A stretch of DNA of 64,000 nucleotides from Microcoleus sp. (GTDB lineage Bacteria; Cyanobacteriota; Cyanobacteriia; Cyanobacteriales; Microcoleaceae), in NCBI GenBank assembly GCA_042408215.1, contig JAYFMW010000008.1, forward strand, positions 256,001 through 320,000, read 5' to 3'. This document shows positions 62,753 through 64,000 of this stretch, piece by piece (position 1 is the stretch's first letter; every line of letters begins with the position of its first letter). A program made the translations under genes and the position numbers. The notes beneath the pieces were generated by a model. It was given only the letters and a program-made list of their open reading frames with translations, was not told where the DNA came from and did no database searches.

Positions 62753-63835
62753 ATGACAACTAGACAGCTTGTTCCTAATTCGGCTATGCTGACCCAGCAG
62801 ACTAAAATCTCTTCTCACAGATCGATTATTAGTGCTGATTTGGGTCGCACGGCAACTAAAGCTTGCGTGAGTCGCAACCCGAGTGGTGTTGTTTTCATCC
62901 CCGCCAACGTACTTTCTATGCCGGTGGAAAAGGTGCGGGGCGGCAGCTTTGAGTCCAAAGCAACAGACCCTCTGTTGGATATGTGGCTGGAGTACCAGGG
63001 CAAGGGTTACGCTATAGGCCAACTGGCGGCGGATTTTGGCGCTAATCTCGGCGGTGCTGACCAGTCTAAAGTAGTGGATGCTTTGGTTAAGGTTTTTTCC
63101 TGTGCTGGATATTTCCAAATGAAAGGCGAAATAGCAGTTGTGCTGGGTTTGCCGTTTTATTCGCAGGATCAGTTTGAGAAGGAAAAGGAAGAAATTGTCA
63201 GCCAACTGCGCTCTCCGCACGTTATGGTTTACCGGGGCGAGCGCGTGGATCTTAACATCAGCCACGTTTGGGTGATGCCGGAAGGGTTCGGCAGCCTGAT
63301 TTGGTGCGAGGCTCAAGACAACAAGGAGTTTTCGCCGGAGTTGCCAGAACTATCTGTGGCTGTTGTCGATATCGGACATCAAACTACTGATTTGTTGATG
63401 GTCGATCGTTTCCGATTCGCCCGGGCCGCTTCTAAGAGTGATTCCTTTGCTATGAATAAGTTCTACGAACAAGTTGCTGCAAAGATTCCGGGAGCCGATG
63501 CTCAATCTCTGTCTTTACTTGAAGCCGTTAACAAGTCTGAAGGCAACCGTTTCTACCGTCCTAGAGGAGCTACTAAGCCAACTAATTTAGATCCGATTAT
63601 TAAGGATTTGCGGGAGAGTTTCGCTAACGAATTGTCCGAACGTTTGGTGCAGTGGCTACCGGAACGGGTGACGGATGTGGTTCTGACTGGTGGCGGTGGC
63701 GAATTTTTCTGGGAGGTTCTCCAACCCTTGCTCAGAGAAGCCAATCTCAAGGCTCACTTGGCTCAGCCTTCTCGGAAAGCAAATGCTTTAGGACAGTATA
63801 TTTATGCTGAGGCTCAGCTAGCCACCATTAAGTAA
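62753..63835 (+). CDS. ParM/StbA-family actin-like ATPase
   Basis: SADLGRTATK (phosphate-1), VMPEGFG, VVDIGHQTTD (phosphate-2), LTGGGG (adenosine), ANALG. Confidence 0.88.
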   Translation: MTTRQLVPNSAMLTQQTKISSHRSIISADLGRTATKACVSRNPSGVVFIPANVLSMPVEKVRGGSFESKATDPLLDMWLEYQGKGYAIGQLAADFGANLGGADQSKVVDALVKVFSCAGYFQMKGEIAVVLGLPFYSQDQFEKEKEEIVSQLRSPHVMVYRGERVDLNISHVWVMPEGFGSLIWCEAQDNKEFSPELPELSVAVVDIGHQTTDLLMVDRFRFARAASKSDSFAMNKFYEQVAAKIPGADAQSLSLLEAVNKSEGNRFYRPRGATKPTNLDPIIKDLRESFANELSERLVQWLPERVTDVVLTGGGGEFFWEVLQPLLREANLKAHLAQPSRKANALGQYIYAEAQLATIK

Positions 63836-63855
63836 CGCATTAAGGCTTGAACCCT

Positions 63856-64000
63856 ATGGCACTGTGGGCAAAAAATAAGGCGAATTTCTCGGTGGCGTTT
63901 ACGGAAGATGCTGCGGATCAAACTTTGCTGGCCGCTATTGAAAAAGATCTGGCTGTGACTAGGTATCAGACTTTCAGCAATCTCTGCAAGCAAGCTCTGT
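63856..64000 (+). CDS. partial ORF, probable RHH-type ParR-like partner
   Basis: MALWAKNKANFSVAFTEDAADQTLLAAIEKDLAVTRYQTFSNLCKQAL, 20 bp after parM; runs off the window. Confidence 0.65.
   Translation, partial: MALWAKNKANFSVAFTEDAADQTLLAAIEKDLAVTRYQTFSNLCKQAL

Overview
Chromosomal window from a filamentous cyanobacterium. Dense HIP1 (GCGATCGC) sites, psbV/petJ, cyanoexosortase and heptamer STRR arrays support this; an Oscillatoriales/Microcoleus-like origin is inference. Housekeeping genes (fbaA, tRNA-Lys, dxs, accD, ispD, ftsH, psbV, petJ, pilD) are interleaved with accessory DNA. (i) A GT2-GT2-wzm-wzt-sulfotransferase surface-glycan locus carries two apparently catalytically dead domains, a shared ~55-aa module and a 10-copy higher-order hairpin array. 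(ii) Two tnpB genes have a rearranged RuvC site, and four tnpB-less IS200/IS605 derivatives occur. Three keep an omega-RNA-like scaffold, and one of these carries a ribbon-helix-helix gene and disrupts psbV2. (iii) A tandem PEP-CTERM + cyanoexosortase duplication has swapped passenger domains and a HIP1-HIP1 junction. (iv) A chromosomal ParM-like/RHH pair lies at the right edge. There are also TA modules, pseudogenes and many REP/MITE-like repeats. Three +1 frameshifts (fbaA, an FAD oxidoreductase, one Uma2 copy) look like consensus artefacts. All family calls are from motif recognition, not database searches.
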